Of a DNA stretch of 64,000 nucleotides, positions 38,100 to 52,465 are shown in pieces. The position numbers were made by a program, and so were the translations under genes. This DNA comes from Okamejei kenojei (taxonomy: Eukaryota). Numbering within the stretch: the stretch's first letter is position 1; each line of letters starts with the position of its first letter. The notes under the pieces are model-generated. The model was not told the DNA's origin and made no database searches. It saw only the letters and a list, made by a program, of their open reading frames with translations. The DNA lies in contig CM069134.1 in assembly GCA_035221665.1 (NCBI GenBank), positions 89,466,001-89,530,000 on the forward strand, in the 5' to 3' direction.

Positions 38100-38735
38100 G
38101 AAACAGTAGGATCTTGGAGTGTATACCAAAAATGCCTGAAATGGCAGAACAGGAAGATAAAATATTAGGAATGCATACTCTTAATTGCTTGTGGAATAGA
38201 TGCAAGGTTGTGCTGTTAAAATACCACTCAGGCCACAATTAGACTAGGCACGTCACACATCACATTCACCATATACACATCACAGAAACAAACCTGTTTG
38301 CATTCAATACAGGTCTTTCCTCGCTACACGGTGAAGAGACACTACCATTGGGGAAGGTGCAAAAGGGATTTGAGACAACATTGTTTTTAACTATTCAGGG
38401 AAACTCGCCAGGTTGGTTAAAGGGAGAGTCAATTGAGCAGCATGAAGTTATGAGAGATCTACTCAAGCTGAACATGAAGATCCATTTCCCTTAGCAGGGA
38501 GGTCAATACTGGAAGGCACACATATAAGCTCATTCGTAAAGTTTTGGAGGAGGACATTCACCAAAAGAGTGCAATAGTCCAGGACTCACTGTCAGAAATG
38601 GGTAATGGAGGTAGAAAGTCTTAGCATAATTGATACTATTGAGCATCGTAACTATCATTATGCACTAATGACCAAGAATGGGAAGAAGGGAGAGGAAAAC
38701 AAATAGATCCTTCTTTGACATGATGGGCGTCATAG
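38100..38735 (+). mobile_element. Highly degraded CR1 fragment
   Basis: Residual motifs ggatcttggagt, tcaggccacaattaga, gaaggtgcaaaagggattt, ttcaccaaaagagtg. Confidence 0.5.
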
Positions 38736-41291
38736 AATTCTTGTCTAACTGTTCCAAAGAGCTACTTAGATCAGAGGAAGCAAAGCATCAACGATTAAAA
38801 TCATAACACACCTTTTCACTGATTCTCTTATCGATATTAAACATATACTCCATTGCACAACTACATATTTCTTTCTTCAACCTTTCTTCAACCTTCCCAT
38901 TACCCTTAAGTGATGTACAAACTTTGTAAAATAGATTTTTTTTTAAATCAGCCTAAATCCCCCCAACACTGTTTGAAGCAAGATAAAATTCCCTCTTGTA
39001 AAAACTGCTGTACAAAAAATGATTTTGTTCTTGTTGCCTCATTTCTTGTTGCACGTTAGAACAATGATCTGACTTTCTATAAATTGGACTTGCCTATTAA
39101 GTGATATTCCACTTAGCTTTGAGCAGAAAATAAAAACACAGATGTGACTAATCCTTGCAGTTTTTTTATGATGCGAATTGCACACAACACTGACAACATA
39201 ATTTCATTTTATTTCATCTTCTCAACCATTGAAATAAATGGCAGACCAAAGAAAGCGCAGGCAACATCAGCAAGGAAAGCATTATTTACATTTCAGTTCT
39301 GTGCTGGAATGCACTAATATATCTAAAATGCAAGACTGGATATGTCATACCACACAGCTTCAATCATAAAACAAAGAAAATAAATATGAACAGAAACAAG
39401 TTTGCATCATTTTGTTACTGTGATAGTTTATAAATATATGTTTCAAAAGGTTTATGGGTTTGCAGTGCTGAGTTACAACGATAAAGACTCTGGAGTGAAG
39501 AGCAACTCCTCCATCCAGGATGCACCCACCAACATCCAAATACATCAGTTAAACTTTTAGTATAAATAAAGAATTAACCAGACATTTGCTTATGCTGAAG
39601 ATCAAAATGTTCCTTCACAAGGTGACCTTCGCAGCATTTGGCAGAATTTTCTGCTCTGATTAGTTGCTGACTTTATTCCAGTTATGCAGTTAATTTCTAT
39701 CAAAATGACACATGAACTATATCACGCCAGAGTTCTACAGTAAATAATTTTCACCCTAATCAATCATACCACCAATTTGGCATATGACCTCAGATTGCCA
39801 ATATAATGGTATCATAATTTTTGATCGAGATATCACTGAGTAAATGTCAATTATTGATTCAATACACTTGATATAATACACTGTATTTAAAGATACAAAA
39901 CAGTTTAAACCAGATCAAACTAAAGCAAAATGTGCAGCTGTTCAAAATAGGATTTAACAATGAATAGATTTATTACTAAAAATATTTTATCCAGTTTTTT
40001 TTTAAAATGCCAGTGTAAGTTAAAGTATCACCAATTTTAAGATTCCACACCAGAAACATTAGTGTGTAAATCGAATGAAGCAGTTGAAATGGTTCAGCAT
40101 CACTACATCCAATGCAGAATGCTAAAATACCCTTGCAATGGTTTGTAAAACTCAGATGTTTATATTTGATGCAGACAGAGGGAAGGGTGGGAATTCCGGG
40201 AAACCCTACACTTATTGTGGTTCAGTGTGGTTTTTCAGAGGAAACAGCCAGATTTTGTAAGATTGACGAAAATTTGATTTATGACCACGTCCAAGGCGCA
40301 AATCACAGGTGAAGTCATCCATTAAAATCAAAATGATAAAAGTAGACCACAAGAAGCATACGTTCCCAACCTCAACTCTCACCCGCTGTAAAATCAAAAC
40401 CATTTTACTGAATATTCAACACATTGTTAAAGTGAGGAATATTAAACAAAGACCGGAAGGGCACTAGTGAAAAATATCACAACAATGTACATTATTCGAA
40501 GATTAAAGGATGAAATATTGACCCATAAAGGGGAGGAGAGCACGGGGACGAGGAGAGGACCAAACAAAATATTCAGGAAGGGGTGAATCAAGGATACGGT
40601 AAGTGCCAAGTCGAGCGAGTTTAATTACATTTGTCAGCCCCAGGACCGACAGTCAAAATCTAACATTAAGGTTTAGAAACAATTTAGCTGTTTATTCAAA
40701 ATTAGTAACAATCGGTAACTGTTTCCATTGCCCATCCACACAGAACTCCAGCATAACACTCCTGAGCTCAGTTGCGATTTCCATCCTATAGCCTCACTTA
40801 ATCCCCATTTCCCCCATATAGCCCCACATTATTCACATGTATTCATCCAAAGAAGGATCCAAAGAAGGAAAATGGGTATGAAAAATATATCTTGAGAGCG
40901 TTTGAAGTTAACATTCCTGTTAAATCGGAACTATTTTTCAAACCACCTGAAACTAGATAATAATGGTATAGCAATTCCACGCGATCAGGTTACACTTCTA
41001 CACGTACTATTTATACGCAAATCTGATGTGATGGCTTCTCGTTCTTCGTCGTTCAGTTTCTCATTTATAACTGCGTGTTCAGCCACAGGAGCCTACAGCA
41101 CAGTAACAGGCCCTTCGACCGAACTCATCCACGCCAACCAAGATGCCCCATCTAAGCTAGTCCCATTTGATAGAGTCATAACAGAGTCCAGTTGGAGCAG
41201 TCTTTTCCTAATGCAAGACCGAAACGTCGCGGAAATCTTGCAGAACATGTTGGGCAATCTCGGCAATTGTTGAGACAGAATATGTTAATGT

Positions 41292-41410
41292 GAATCTCGA
41301 CCCGAAACGTCGCCTATCTCCTTCGCTCCTTAGATGCTGCTGCACCCGCTGAGTTTCTCCAGTCTTTTGTGTACCCTCGATTCTCCAGCATCTGCAGTTC
41401 CTTCTTTAAC
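41292..41410 (+). mobile_element. Young Penelope-terminus insertion, 5'-truncated inside the hammerhead-like motif
   Basis: tctcgacccgaaacgtcgcctatctcc...catctgcagttccttcttt is nearly identical to 63193-63310 (reverse). Flanked by ATGTTAATGT at 41282-41291 and 41414-41423. Confidence 0.85.
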
Positions 41411-44400
41411 AACATGTTAATGTTTCACTCTGGTGATCTCCCAAGCCACGTGCCCTTGTCCTATAAGTGTTATATTTAATATATCGGCCATCAATGTTGA
41501 CTCCGGACTCCGTATAAGGACTCCGGTAAATACATGGGGAGGGTTTTGAATTCACAGACATTGAATAGCAGTAGCGATTATTTTTCAACAGTATTTGTGC
41601 TTTAACACTTTTTAAATATAAAAAGTATTTTTTCAAACAATCCAGTTTCCAATTCTTTTTTAATGCGATCTCGAATTTTTGCCAATCAGATTATTCAATA
41701 ACAATATACAAACAGAAAATGATGAAAACATTCAGCAGGTCGGGTGGTTTCTGCAAAGAGTTCACGTTTCAGGCTGGGGACCCTTCATCACATTATCCCA
41801 TGTGTAGACTACCTCGGGAAATGTTCAACTTGCAACTAAACAGATCCCGTTGTGTAAAAAGGTTAACCCTGGTAGCAACGTGTAGAATACTCAATGGGTA
41901 ATTGCTGGAATCCATTCCACTGGGTGACAACAGTTGTCAACATTTCAGCCTTGTCCCGAGAGCTCACTTGCACTTGAGGCATACGGAGTAAAATTAACGC
42001 ATTGGACGTTTTGCAGGTTTGGGACTGCGTGCAAACTTAACGCCGTTTAAGAGCCAGCCACATCGAAATACCGTGTGCACAAATATGCGGATGGATTATC
42101 ATCATTCTTAATCTCCACCAAATAATATGCACGTTTTTCGAAAGACTCAACATTTCAGTTTCAGCTTTTGTCTGGAAACGACTCTGTATTCAATGAGTTA
42201 ATTTTTTTTTAATCCTTATTTGTAAATGTGAAGGTTTTATTTTACCCCCTCCCCTCCTCCGGAACCGTTTACAACGAGTTGTAAATTACACTGGTGTGCA
42301 GGCACACGTGAGCCGGAGGTCATCGTTCTACACAGCTCCAACAGGTCGCAAAAGAATTGAGTCATTGAAATGTGTTACAAATGTCTGTCACGTCCTTCAG
42401 TTCTGCATCTCTATCTCATCCACCCGCCTGCAAATAGGCCGGCAAGTCAAACAAAACACGCTCAGTACCTTGAGCAAAATAAAAACAAACTACTGGAGGA
42501 ACTCAGCGGGTCAAGCAGCATCTGTGGAGGGAAAGGGACAGTCAACGTTTCGCCTCGAGAGAAAGGTCCCCGCGTTCAGCATTGCATTTGTGGCGTTAAA
42601 CCATGAATTTTACGCCTACACGCGGAGATATTATTTTTCTCGGTTAGTTCCTGATTCGCAACTACCCAACAACCTAATGGTTAAAAAACACATTGTCACT
42701 TATTTGCTTCAGCACCGATTTTATTTTAAAGAACTCTTATTTGCAACTTCCTAAGCCATAAATGAGGAAGGTGTAATTGCACTTAAAATTTTATCTTCAA
42801 GTGGTTAGTGTTCCCTTGTAGTAAGTCTATTAAAAAATCACGTTCACAGTCCAGTAAAATAATACATTATCAACACTATACAAAAGTTCGCAGGTTGCAG
42901 AAATGTAAAACAGAAACTGCGAGGCACTCATTTCCTCTCTGAATGTGTGGGTCCATTTAATGACGCGGAAGCTTATCGGTGGCTTATTTGCAACGGTGCG
43001 AGGAATTTTGCAATTGATTTATGACCCATCCCAGTTAGCCCAAATTAGAGTATTTCAGTGAAGAATTACAACCATATTAAACCTTTCCTTTGCAACAGAA
43101 TTCAGTCCCATGTTACAAACAAAAAATGCCGCGTGCACTGGGGGTAGGAATCCGTTGAAATCGGCGTCGGGTATGTTCCCATTTGTCCTCAAAGTCTCAC
43201 TTTCAATTTAAAAAATGCGGCTTCTGTGTTAAATATGTTTTTAAATTCCTTACGCTGTCCTCGGTGTTTCTGTCGATAGTGATTTAAAGAGGGACCTCCA
43301 CCTCCACGATGTTACGTTAAGTCTAAATAAACGTTCGGTTTATGTTACTCCCTGGTTGGTGATTTTAATTGCTCCCCGGGTTTACGACTTATGGAAGACA
43401 TTTCCTTCTTTTCAAGTTGCATTTGGTTTCTTTATCCCGGCAGCGGTGTCCGCGATCGCTGACTGCATGGGGTACATGAGACAGATTGTCAGGTAACGCG
43501 AACAATTCGAGTGTAACATCTTCCAAAACTAATCATCATCACCGAGATACTAGTTTATTCATAAGATAAATAAGATAAATATCAACTATAATGCAACATG
43601 AAATGCAGTTTAATAGTCCTATTATTTACACCGCATAATCAATATTCAGTGCATTAATATTATTTCTTAATTTATTACAGGACCTTGGCGGACAGCATCC
43701 CAGGTATTTTTAAAAAAACTTATTTTGAGCAGACCAATCTTTAAAGTTGCTTGGTGCTCCCTGTAACTGCAGGGTCAAGAGGCAACATTTTAACGTATTT
43801 CTCGTTAGACTTCTATCCCTTCATATTGCCACGTTTATAAGGGACTTGTAAGTCTCCAGTTTTATTATTTTATTATTGCAGGGGAGATGACCGCTCACTA
43901 GATTACAACGAGCACGGCATTAATTGTTAATAAATCAATTATATCTGAATGTCGGATCCACGTAAAGGGCAATTTAACAGGAGCCAATGAACTGTCAAAA
44001 AAGATTGCTTGCTAATGTGCAAACAGGTGAGTTTTTGAATGCAAGTGTCGGAGGAATAGAACAGAATAGGGTTATCTGTACAAATTAAATATCATTGGGA
44101 GCATCTGTGAAGTTTAACAGCTGCCTCAGACTCCCACCGGTGTGAGTACTAAGTATAAGGTGCCTCAATGGGTCGGCGCTTTCTGGCTGTGATTTGCCCG
44201 TGAAATTACTGTAATCGTGAAGGTTAATCACGCCCAATAATTAACCTCACTGTTCATGGGCGCTCCTACGAAGATGCCACACATCATTCTACTTCTAGTG
44301 AACTGGGAATATTTTATACCGCGGGTTTCGCTGTGAGATCAGCACGATCCGTTTACTAGAGGGTTATAGGGGTAAGATACCAAAACCGCAAACGTTTATG

Positions 44401-47400
44401 CGTGTGTGAGACTGACGGACAATGGGTTTGTAAAATTTTCGTTTCTTTGTATTGCAAATTATTACCACCGAAATCAGCCCATTATGAAATCATCACAATT
44501 CCCAGATATCGGAACACAATTCATAAAATGACAAGGTTATCTTGAAGCAGACAGTAACGAAGTGGGGGCTTAATTCATAACAGGCGCCAAGAGTTCTTTC
44601 TGACTGTATATTCATCTTTCTCACAGATGAAAAGGTGCCGTTCCTCTCATGAAAATCTGGAGATATCGGCCAGCTACGTCTAGTCAAGCACTGCTGCAAT
44701 AGAAATCAATTAATTGCACAAGTGTACGGTTACTGGAATAGGGTGGGCAATATGAAACGGGTTTCCGAGATTTATTTTAACTCTAACACGGGGACCCAAT
44801 AAAGAGCTTCTAGGTTTGAATGTTTAAAATGTTTTGCATTTCTTTAGCTCGCTTCTGCAGCCCGAACTTGCTTCACTGTAAGGGAACCGAGACGGGTCGC
44901 CGTTGTGCTGATGGCAACCAGATAGACAGCGGCGATGGCGACCTGACCTGTGCGTTAGCGCTGGGAGTTCATCTCCTAATCAGTACAAGAAAAGTATAGA
45001 ATGTACACCAGGCGGCAATATCACGAATATAAAAGCTTTTTTTTCTGAAACGCTCTGGAATTCGCCCCAATGAACGCGAATGCACATTAAACAAATATGT
45101 TTTTTTAAGGATCCATCAACAGTTCAGTTTACTATTTTTCATTTAAAATTGCAGGAAATTACTTTGGCTACCTGCTGGGAGATTTATAGCGGTTTCATTA
45201 CCTTGGTAAATTAGTCACCGTTTTATTCTTGTGTTATGATTTAATGAACGCACTTAAAACGTGGCTTGTGGCTGTAATATATGTTCTTTATTTCCAACCG
45301 TAACAGCAATATCAAATTATTTAGACTGTATTTTGTTAAAGACATCAATTATAATTTAAATGCTAATGTATGCATTCCCCTGGGTATCATCACGGATTCC
45401 TTCCTATAAATTACACGTAAGACGAGCGATATTTAATAAAATAAAGTACATTCGAGCCTTGTTTCTTTTTTTTTAATGTTAAGCTATTAATGTGAAGTCT
45501 TGTAGCCATTCCTCAATTGTCTCATGCGGCGTGAGGTGGAATTGGTCAGCGGGCAAATAACAACAGTGGTCGCATGAAACAATGTCAGCATTGATATGGC
45601 GCTGGTATCAGTTAGGTGCCTGAATAATTCACGCACGGTGAACAGAAATAAAGCGGGTACTTTCATAAGATGTGTGGTGGGGGGGGGGGGGGGTTAAATA
45701 TTATCACTTGCTAATGATGGTTGGAAGTTTCAGCGATGTAGCGGATTAATACCCGAACTTTAATCATCATAGTTATAGAGCAGAACGCGAGGTGTTGGCA
45801 GCTTTTACTGCTACATTAAATCTAAGTCTTTACGAATATGATAAAAAACGATTGGCACTCGTCTACGCCTGTAGTTCTATATAATGTAGGCCATTACGTG
45901 CTGGTATAAATAATTCTCACTAAATGAAACGGTTCTGGGTATTTTAGCACGAACATCCACGGCCAGTAATGATGTGGTTATGTACAACTCCATTACAAAA
46001 TAACAAGGGACTACTTACAGTGCAAGTACAGAGTTAACACATGTTTGAATTTCTATCAATTATTCCTTGGTATTTGAACACAATACTAATATATGTGCAG
46101 GATTTATCATTAGCATGGAACAGTTGGTTGAAGGAGACTAAATGACGTGGCTACAAGGTCATAGCCCGATGTGGCTGAAAACAAATGATCAAGCATTGTG
46201 GCTGAGAAAATAAAAACATGTTTTATAATATAAATTGGCTTTGGTTTATTTCTTATTGCATACATACACTTCTTATTGTCACCCATGTAGTCCATTGTGG
46301 AACTGAATTACTGGAGTACAACTGAATTAATTGGATCTCATAGATAATATATTTATGGAAAGATAAATATTTCCCCAGGTTATTGAAGTTGAAATGGCAT
46401 TATCAAAGCTGAATAAACTCCCTATTTGGGTGTTCTTTGTAATCTATCATGGTGATAGGGTGCATCTGGGACGGCTTTTATTTGCTCCATCAGAAGCCCA
46501 CGGTGTATTTATTCCATGGGCAATCAATTCAGTTAGCAAAGGGCCCCGATTTGAGGTAAAAGCAGAGAACAAAGACAATTATTTTATGCACAACTAGTTG
46601 GGAGCTGGGCTCCTTTTCCCTGAAAGACTGGTGCTAGCTGATTTAATCGTATCAAAAAAATGGGTAAACGTTTGGAGGGGAATATTGGCAAAGCTGCATG
46701 TAAATGAAGAGACTTTCGAATCTAGTGCCTAAAAAAAGGAAAACCGCTCTCATCAGAAGATTACACTCTTCACCGTGCTTTCCCATCAGATTCCACAATC
46801 TATAGCCTTTTGTTCTCCACTTGTCATATCCCAGCCTCTATTACTATCTCCATCCTTCCTTCCCCACCTGATTCCTATCTGCAAACATACTCCATTGGGT
46901 ACCCCACCCCCTTACCTGTTTCCACCTATTGTTTGCTAGCTCTTGCAAATCTCCTACGCTAGTAAATTCCCTCTAATCTTTCAGTCCAGATGAAGGGTCT
47001 AGACCTGAAGCATCAAGCATTAATTTCTTTCCACAGATGCAGCCTGATCCAGAGTTTCTCCAGCAGATTTTCTTCCTTTTACTCATATGTAAATATCATT
47101 AATCTGACAGCTCGTTCCAAAACGGCAGCAAAAACACAACTGAACCGAATGGACTCCCCATCTGCTGTAATGACACTAAATAGGGGTATGCCCCAAAATG
47201 TTGTCATCAGTCATACTTGGGGCAAAAGTGCTCAGAATGGATGTTCATGCATGCACCTCACCTACTGTTGAGACATTGAGACAGAGGCAAACAGTCAAAC
47301 ACAACCAGAATGTTACCTCAAAACACGAGGGAGCACTGAATTACAGAAACGTCTTTGATATTTCCACTGACAAAGTTCTGTGCAGAAAAGATGAATTTTC

Positions 47401-48204
47401 TTCCTGCCTTGGCATTTTTCTTGGCAGCGGGTGTCTAACTTGTGAAAGGAAGTGTTGCCAAAGATATCAAGCATAGTCCACAGAACTCAAAGGTTCGGTG
47501 ATTTAAAATATTAGGATTAAATAACCCTATACCAATTTCTTAAACTTTACCATCTATAAATCCGGTCATTGAAGAGAGGTCTGCAAAAGGCAGACGGGGA
47601 CTTAAATAGTTCGCCTGTGTGGTTAAAGCAGTGCAACTTAAATTTAAGAGTGGGAGGATGGTGGCAATCCAAGGCAGAAATTGTCAAGTCTAAAGGCTAC
47701 TACTAGAAATCTGTCCTTTTAGTCCTCCTTTATAGGCCAGGATCAGCAACAAGCACTTATTCCAGGTCTCCCAATGAATTTCCCCAGCCCAGAATACCAT
47801 ACCTTGTCTCCTACTCCTGGGCATTTTGTTTTCCAAGCAACCTGCAGTCCAAGCAGTCTTTCAAGTGTCACAGATCCCAATTCACTCCCAGTTGATGAGC
47901 AGGAGTTGGCCATTAGTGTTCCAACAGTGACCTGTCACTATTAGCGTCCCTGAATTTGGTGAGTCCTTTGACCTCTTCCATGCCTTCTTCTGCTGCCTGT
48001 TAATATCAGGTCGGTAATGCATGAATCAGCTGCTGCGTTAGGAGTGATGTCCAGAGGTTGAAGTATAGTTGAAAATGATTGTATAAAGCACAGCCTCCTC
48101 CAGATTAGTGTGGCAGTGCAGCAGATAAATTATTTCACACAAATAAGCTACTGTACTCATTTCAGAAATAAAAGTGTTGTATGAAGAGAGATTGGAAATG
48201 GCCC

Positions 48205-48785
48205 CTAACCATTGGAATTTTAAGGAGATAGAGGTGATCTCATTGAGACTGCAATCAATTGACAGGTTATTGCCTCAGGCTGCAGTGTCTAAAATTTAGG
48301 GGCAAAGTCTCAGAATAAGCAGTTGGCCATTTAGGAGTATGAAGCGATTCATTCCTTTATGATAATTTTAAATGCATGTGGTCATTCCCTGGACAGTTGC
48401 GAATGCTTAATTATTGAGTGTTTTCATGACTGCAATTAATAAAGGAATTGAGGGAGTTGGTGATTTGGTATCGTGCCATATGGACATTTCAAAAACTAGA
48501 GAGCTTTCGGGTAGAGGGGAAAAGTTTAAAAGAAGTGTGCAGGGCGAGTTTTTTGCACAGTTTGCAGTAAATGCCTGGAATGAGTTGCCAGGGGTGGTGG
48601 TGGTGGCTGATAAAATGGTAGCGTTTTAGAGATTTTTAGAATGGCCGATGGATATGCAGGGAATAAATTGGATATCAATCACATAAAGGCAGTGGACATT
48701 AGTTTAACTCGACATATTTTGGCACGGGCATTGTGAGCTGATGGGCCTTCCCCAGGGCTGCGCTGTTGTAAATCCTATGTTCTAG
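48205..48785 (+). mobile_element. Two degraded CR1 3' fragments
   Basis: ttggaatttt..gaggtgatctcattgaga; gcctggaatgagttgccaggggtggtggtg; tail ctatgttcta. Confidence 0.7.
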
Positions 48786-50298
48786 GTAGGTTTCTATTTC
48801 TTACATGTGTATGCAAACACAGCCATCAACTTACTCACCCACGGACACCCCTCTGTCTCCTTCCAGAGCACCAAAGCGAATATCAAAGGCTCTTTTTTTG
48901 GTCTTCAAGAGGAATAAACTCTGAAATAAATCTGATAATCTAGATTGTATTCCAATATCCCTCATTTAAGCACTGAACACCAATCTGGAAGCCATTTAAA
49001 CATGAACTTGCTACAAGTGTGCTGTTACTTTTTAACAATAACACAATCTATTAAAATAAACATTGTAGCAGAGGCCTGTCAGCTTAGGGGAGCATGTTGG
49101 GCAGGCATTTGGATAATGAAGCTCTTAGTCACAGGGTGTTTAGCCATGTCTTGTTATTTTCCAGTATTGTGAGAAATTAATCGCAGTTGATGAATATACC
49201 TAAAAGAAAACTGATGTTTAGAAGTTTATTTGAGAAATATATTCAGATGGGATCTCAATGCTTGATTTGTGTGTAAACTCACCAGAAAGCTGACATTAAT
49301 TGAAACATTTCCAAGTTTTCAGCCAGAACAGGAAGAGCTGAAATAAAGGCCTCTTGCAATCCAGATTTGCACAGGGGCTTGGGGAGTGTCAGAGTATCTA
49401 AATGAAAGATCCTGTAGGAGCTGGCAAGTCAAATTAAGATGATGTTAGTTGATTTTGAAGTGCCCAACTACAGTTATTGTGTGGTGGTGGAGGAATGCCA
49501 GGCAGCTAAGCCAGGCAGCTCAAATACTATGCTGCCAGCTATATTTACAGATCCTAGCACACCAACCTTCTAATAATTATAGGAATTGTGCGGCAGACTT
49601 CATAGCAGCATGGGACAGTTGGAGAACTATGTCACTAACTACAAGAAATCCTGTAGCAACCGCAGCCCTTAAAAGCTTCCAGAAGTGAGAGTCAGAAAAG
49701 TCTTAGGGAGGGTCTTTTTGGGAGGGAATTAAGTAATATAGTCTCAGGTTAAGAGACCTGCTATTTATGATGATGCTATGAAATTTATTGGGGATAGGGA
49801 TGGTGGTTATATATCTATATGCTCAACAATTGACCATCTACAACACTCTCCACTTCAAAAGAAGCCAACCCTTTCGGTAATCTGGAAAAGGTCGTGGCTG
49901 AGTAAATTGAAATTGAAAGCTGGGTTTACATTGAAACAAAGACGAAGGCTGGAGCTCTTTGAATCCATTCCACCATTCAATACGATCATGGCTGATGCTC
50001 CATCTTAATACCAATTTCCTGCTCATGAGTACACAATGGCAGTCAGCATCATTTCTTCTTCTTGCTTCCTCTACTTCATTGTTCAAATCATATGAAGAAG
50101 GTAGCCAATATAGAAATCACAATGTGTAGGAAGGAACTGCAGATGCTGGTTTAAACCAAAGATAGACACAAAAAGCTGGAGGAACTCAGAGGGTTAGACA
50201 GCATCTCTGGAGAAAATGAATAGGTGACATTTTGGGTCGAGACCCTTCGTCAGACTGAGTCAGGGGGAAGGAAAACCAGAGATATAGACGGTGATATA

Positions 50299-51938
50299 CA
50301 GTGCCCTCCGTAATGTTTGGGACAAAGACCCATCATTTATTTATTTGCTTCTCTACTCCACAGTTTGAGATTTGTAATAGAAAAAAATCACATGTGGTTA
50401 AAGTGCACATTGTCAGACTTTATTAAAGGGTATTTTTATACATTTTGGTTTCACCATGTAGAAATTGCAGCTGTGTTTATACATAGTCCCCACCATTTCA
50501 GGGCACCATAATGTTTGGGAAACATGGCTTCACAGGCATTTGTAATTGCTCAGGTGTGTTTACATGCCTCCTTAATGCAGGTATAAGAGAGTTATCAGCA
50601 CCCAGTCTTTCCTCCAATCTTTCCATCCTTTGGAAACTTTTATTGCTGACTTTTATCTACATGAGGACCAAAGTTGTGCCAATGAAAGTCAAATAAGCCA
50701 TTATGGGACTGAGAAACAAGAAGAAAACTGTTAGAAACATCAGCCAAATCTTAGGCTTACCAAAATCAACTGTTTGGAACATCATTAAGAAGAAAGAGAG
50801 CACCGGTGAGCTTACTAATCGCAAAGGGACTGGCAGGCCAAGGAAGACCTCCACAGCTGATGACAGAAGAATTCACTCTGTAATAAAGAAAAATCCCCAA
50901 ACACCTATCCAACAGATCAGAAACACTCTTCAGGAGTCGGGTGTGGATTTGTCAATGACCACTGTCCACAAGAGACTTCATGAACAGAAATACAGAGGAT
51001 ACACTGCAAGATGCAAACCACTGGTTAGCCGCAAAAATATGATGGCCAGGTTACAGTTTGCCAAGAAGTACTTAAAAGAGCAACCACCTTTCTGGAATAA
51101 GATCTTGTGGACAGATGAGACAAATATTAAATTATATCAGAGTGATGGCAAGAGCAAAGTATGGAAAAGAGGGGACAGCATACTATCTCATCTGTGAAAC
51201 ATGGTGATGAGGGTGTTATGGCCTGGGCATATATGGCTGCTGAAGGTACTGGCTCACTTATCTTCATTGATGACACAACCGCTGATGGTAGTAGCATAAT
51301 GAATTCTGAAGGGTATAGACACATCCTATCTGCTCAGGTTCAAACAAATACCTGAAACTCATTGGCCGGCAGTTCATTCTACAGCAAGACAATGATCCCA
51401 AACATACTGCTAAAGCAACAAAGGAGTTTTTCAAAGCTGAAAAATGGCCAATTCTTGAGTGGCCAAGTCAATCACCCGATCTGAACCTAATTGCGCATGC
51501 CTTTTATATGTTGAAGAGAAAACTGAAAGGGATTAGCCCCCAAAACAAGCATAAGCTAAAGATGGCTGCAATACAGGCCTGGCAGAGCATCACCAGAGAA
51601 GACACCCAGCAACTGGTGATGACCATGAATCGCAGAATTCAAGCAGTCATTGCAGGCAAAGGATATGCAACAAAATACTAAACATGACTACTTTCATTTA
51701 CTTGACATTGCTGTGTCCCAAACATTATGGTGCCCTGAAATGGGGGGACTATGTATAAACACTGCTGTAATTTCTACATGGAGAAACCAAAATGTATTAA
51801 AATACCCTTTATTAAAATCTGACAATGCGCACTTTAACCACATGAGATTTTTTCTATTACAAATATCAAATTGTGGAGTAGAGAGGCAAATAAATAAATG
51901 ATGGGTCTTTGTCCCAAACATTATGGAGGGCATTACTG
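50299..51938 (+). mobile_element. Full-length Tc1 (DD34E) transposon with long IR/DR-type TIRs; inactive
   Basis: TA|CAGTGCCCTCC...GGAGGGCATTACTG|TA. TIRs of about 225 bp (50299-~50523 and ~51713-51938), each with outer and inner TAATGTTTGGGA repeats. Confidence 0.96.
50661..51681 (+). pseudogene. Tc1 transposase pseudogene
   Basis: HTH ISQILGLPKSTV, GRPRK AT-hook, WTDET, QDNDPKH, WPSQSPDLNLIAH and C-terminal GYATKY*. Premature stops at 50694 and 51353, frameshifts, and the catalytic Glu 34 residues after the second Asp reads Ala (GCG). Confidence 0.93.
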
Positions 51939-52465
51939 TAGAGAGATATAGAACAAATGAACGAAAGATGTGCAAAAAAGTAATGACGATAAGGGAAACA
52001 GGCCGCTGTTAGATAGGGGCTAGATGAAAACGAATTACAGAAAATGAGACTCAACAAGACGACTGAAACTAGTACGACTTGACTGGGGGATGGATGGAGA
52101 GAGAGGGGATGCAGGGGTTATTTGAATTGTAACTCAGCGGGAAAGGCAGCATCACTGGAAAGAAGGAATGGGTGACGTTTCAGGTCGGGACCATCAGCCA
52201 TAGCTTTCATGTGTTCACAGGAAATTATGCAGAACCAATGCTCTAGTGGTTAGATGTTGCACCCAATTCATCAGGACGGGCAATCCATATGCATCTGCAT
52301 CACTCTTGAACCCCATTACAAAATGCTCAATGCTAGAAATTATGTTACCTTGATACAGCATACATTACACATCAAGGATCCACATCACCCTAGCCATCTC
52401 TCATTTCACTCCTGCGATCGGGAAGAAGGTATAGTAGTCCAAAAACTGTAATGTCCAGGTTCAGC

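Larger units (their letters stand above)
50125..52130 (-). mobile_element. Penelope-like terminus and 3' UTR (50125-50298 and 51939-52130), split by the Tc1 insertion
   Basis: Joining the flanks gives gagatatagacggtgata-TA-gagagatatagaacaaatgaacgaaagatgtgcaaaaaagt, colinear with 63341-63430. Confidence 0.85.
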
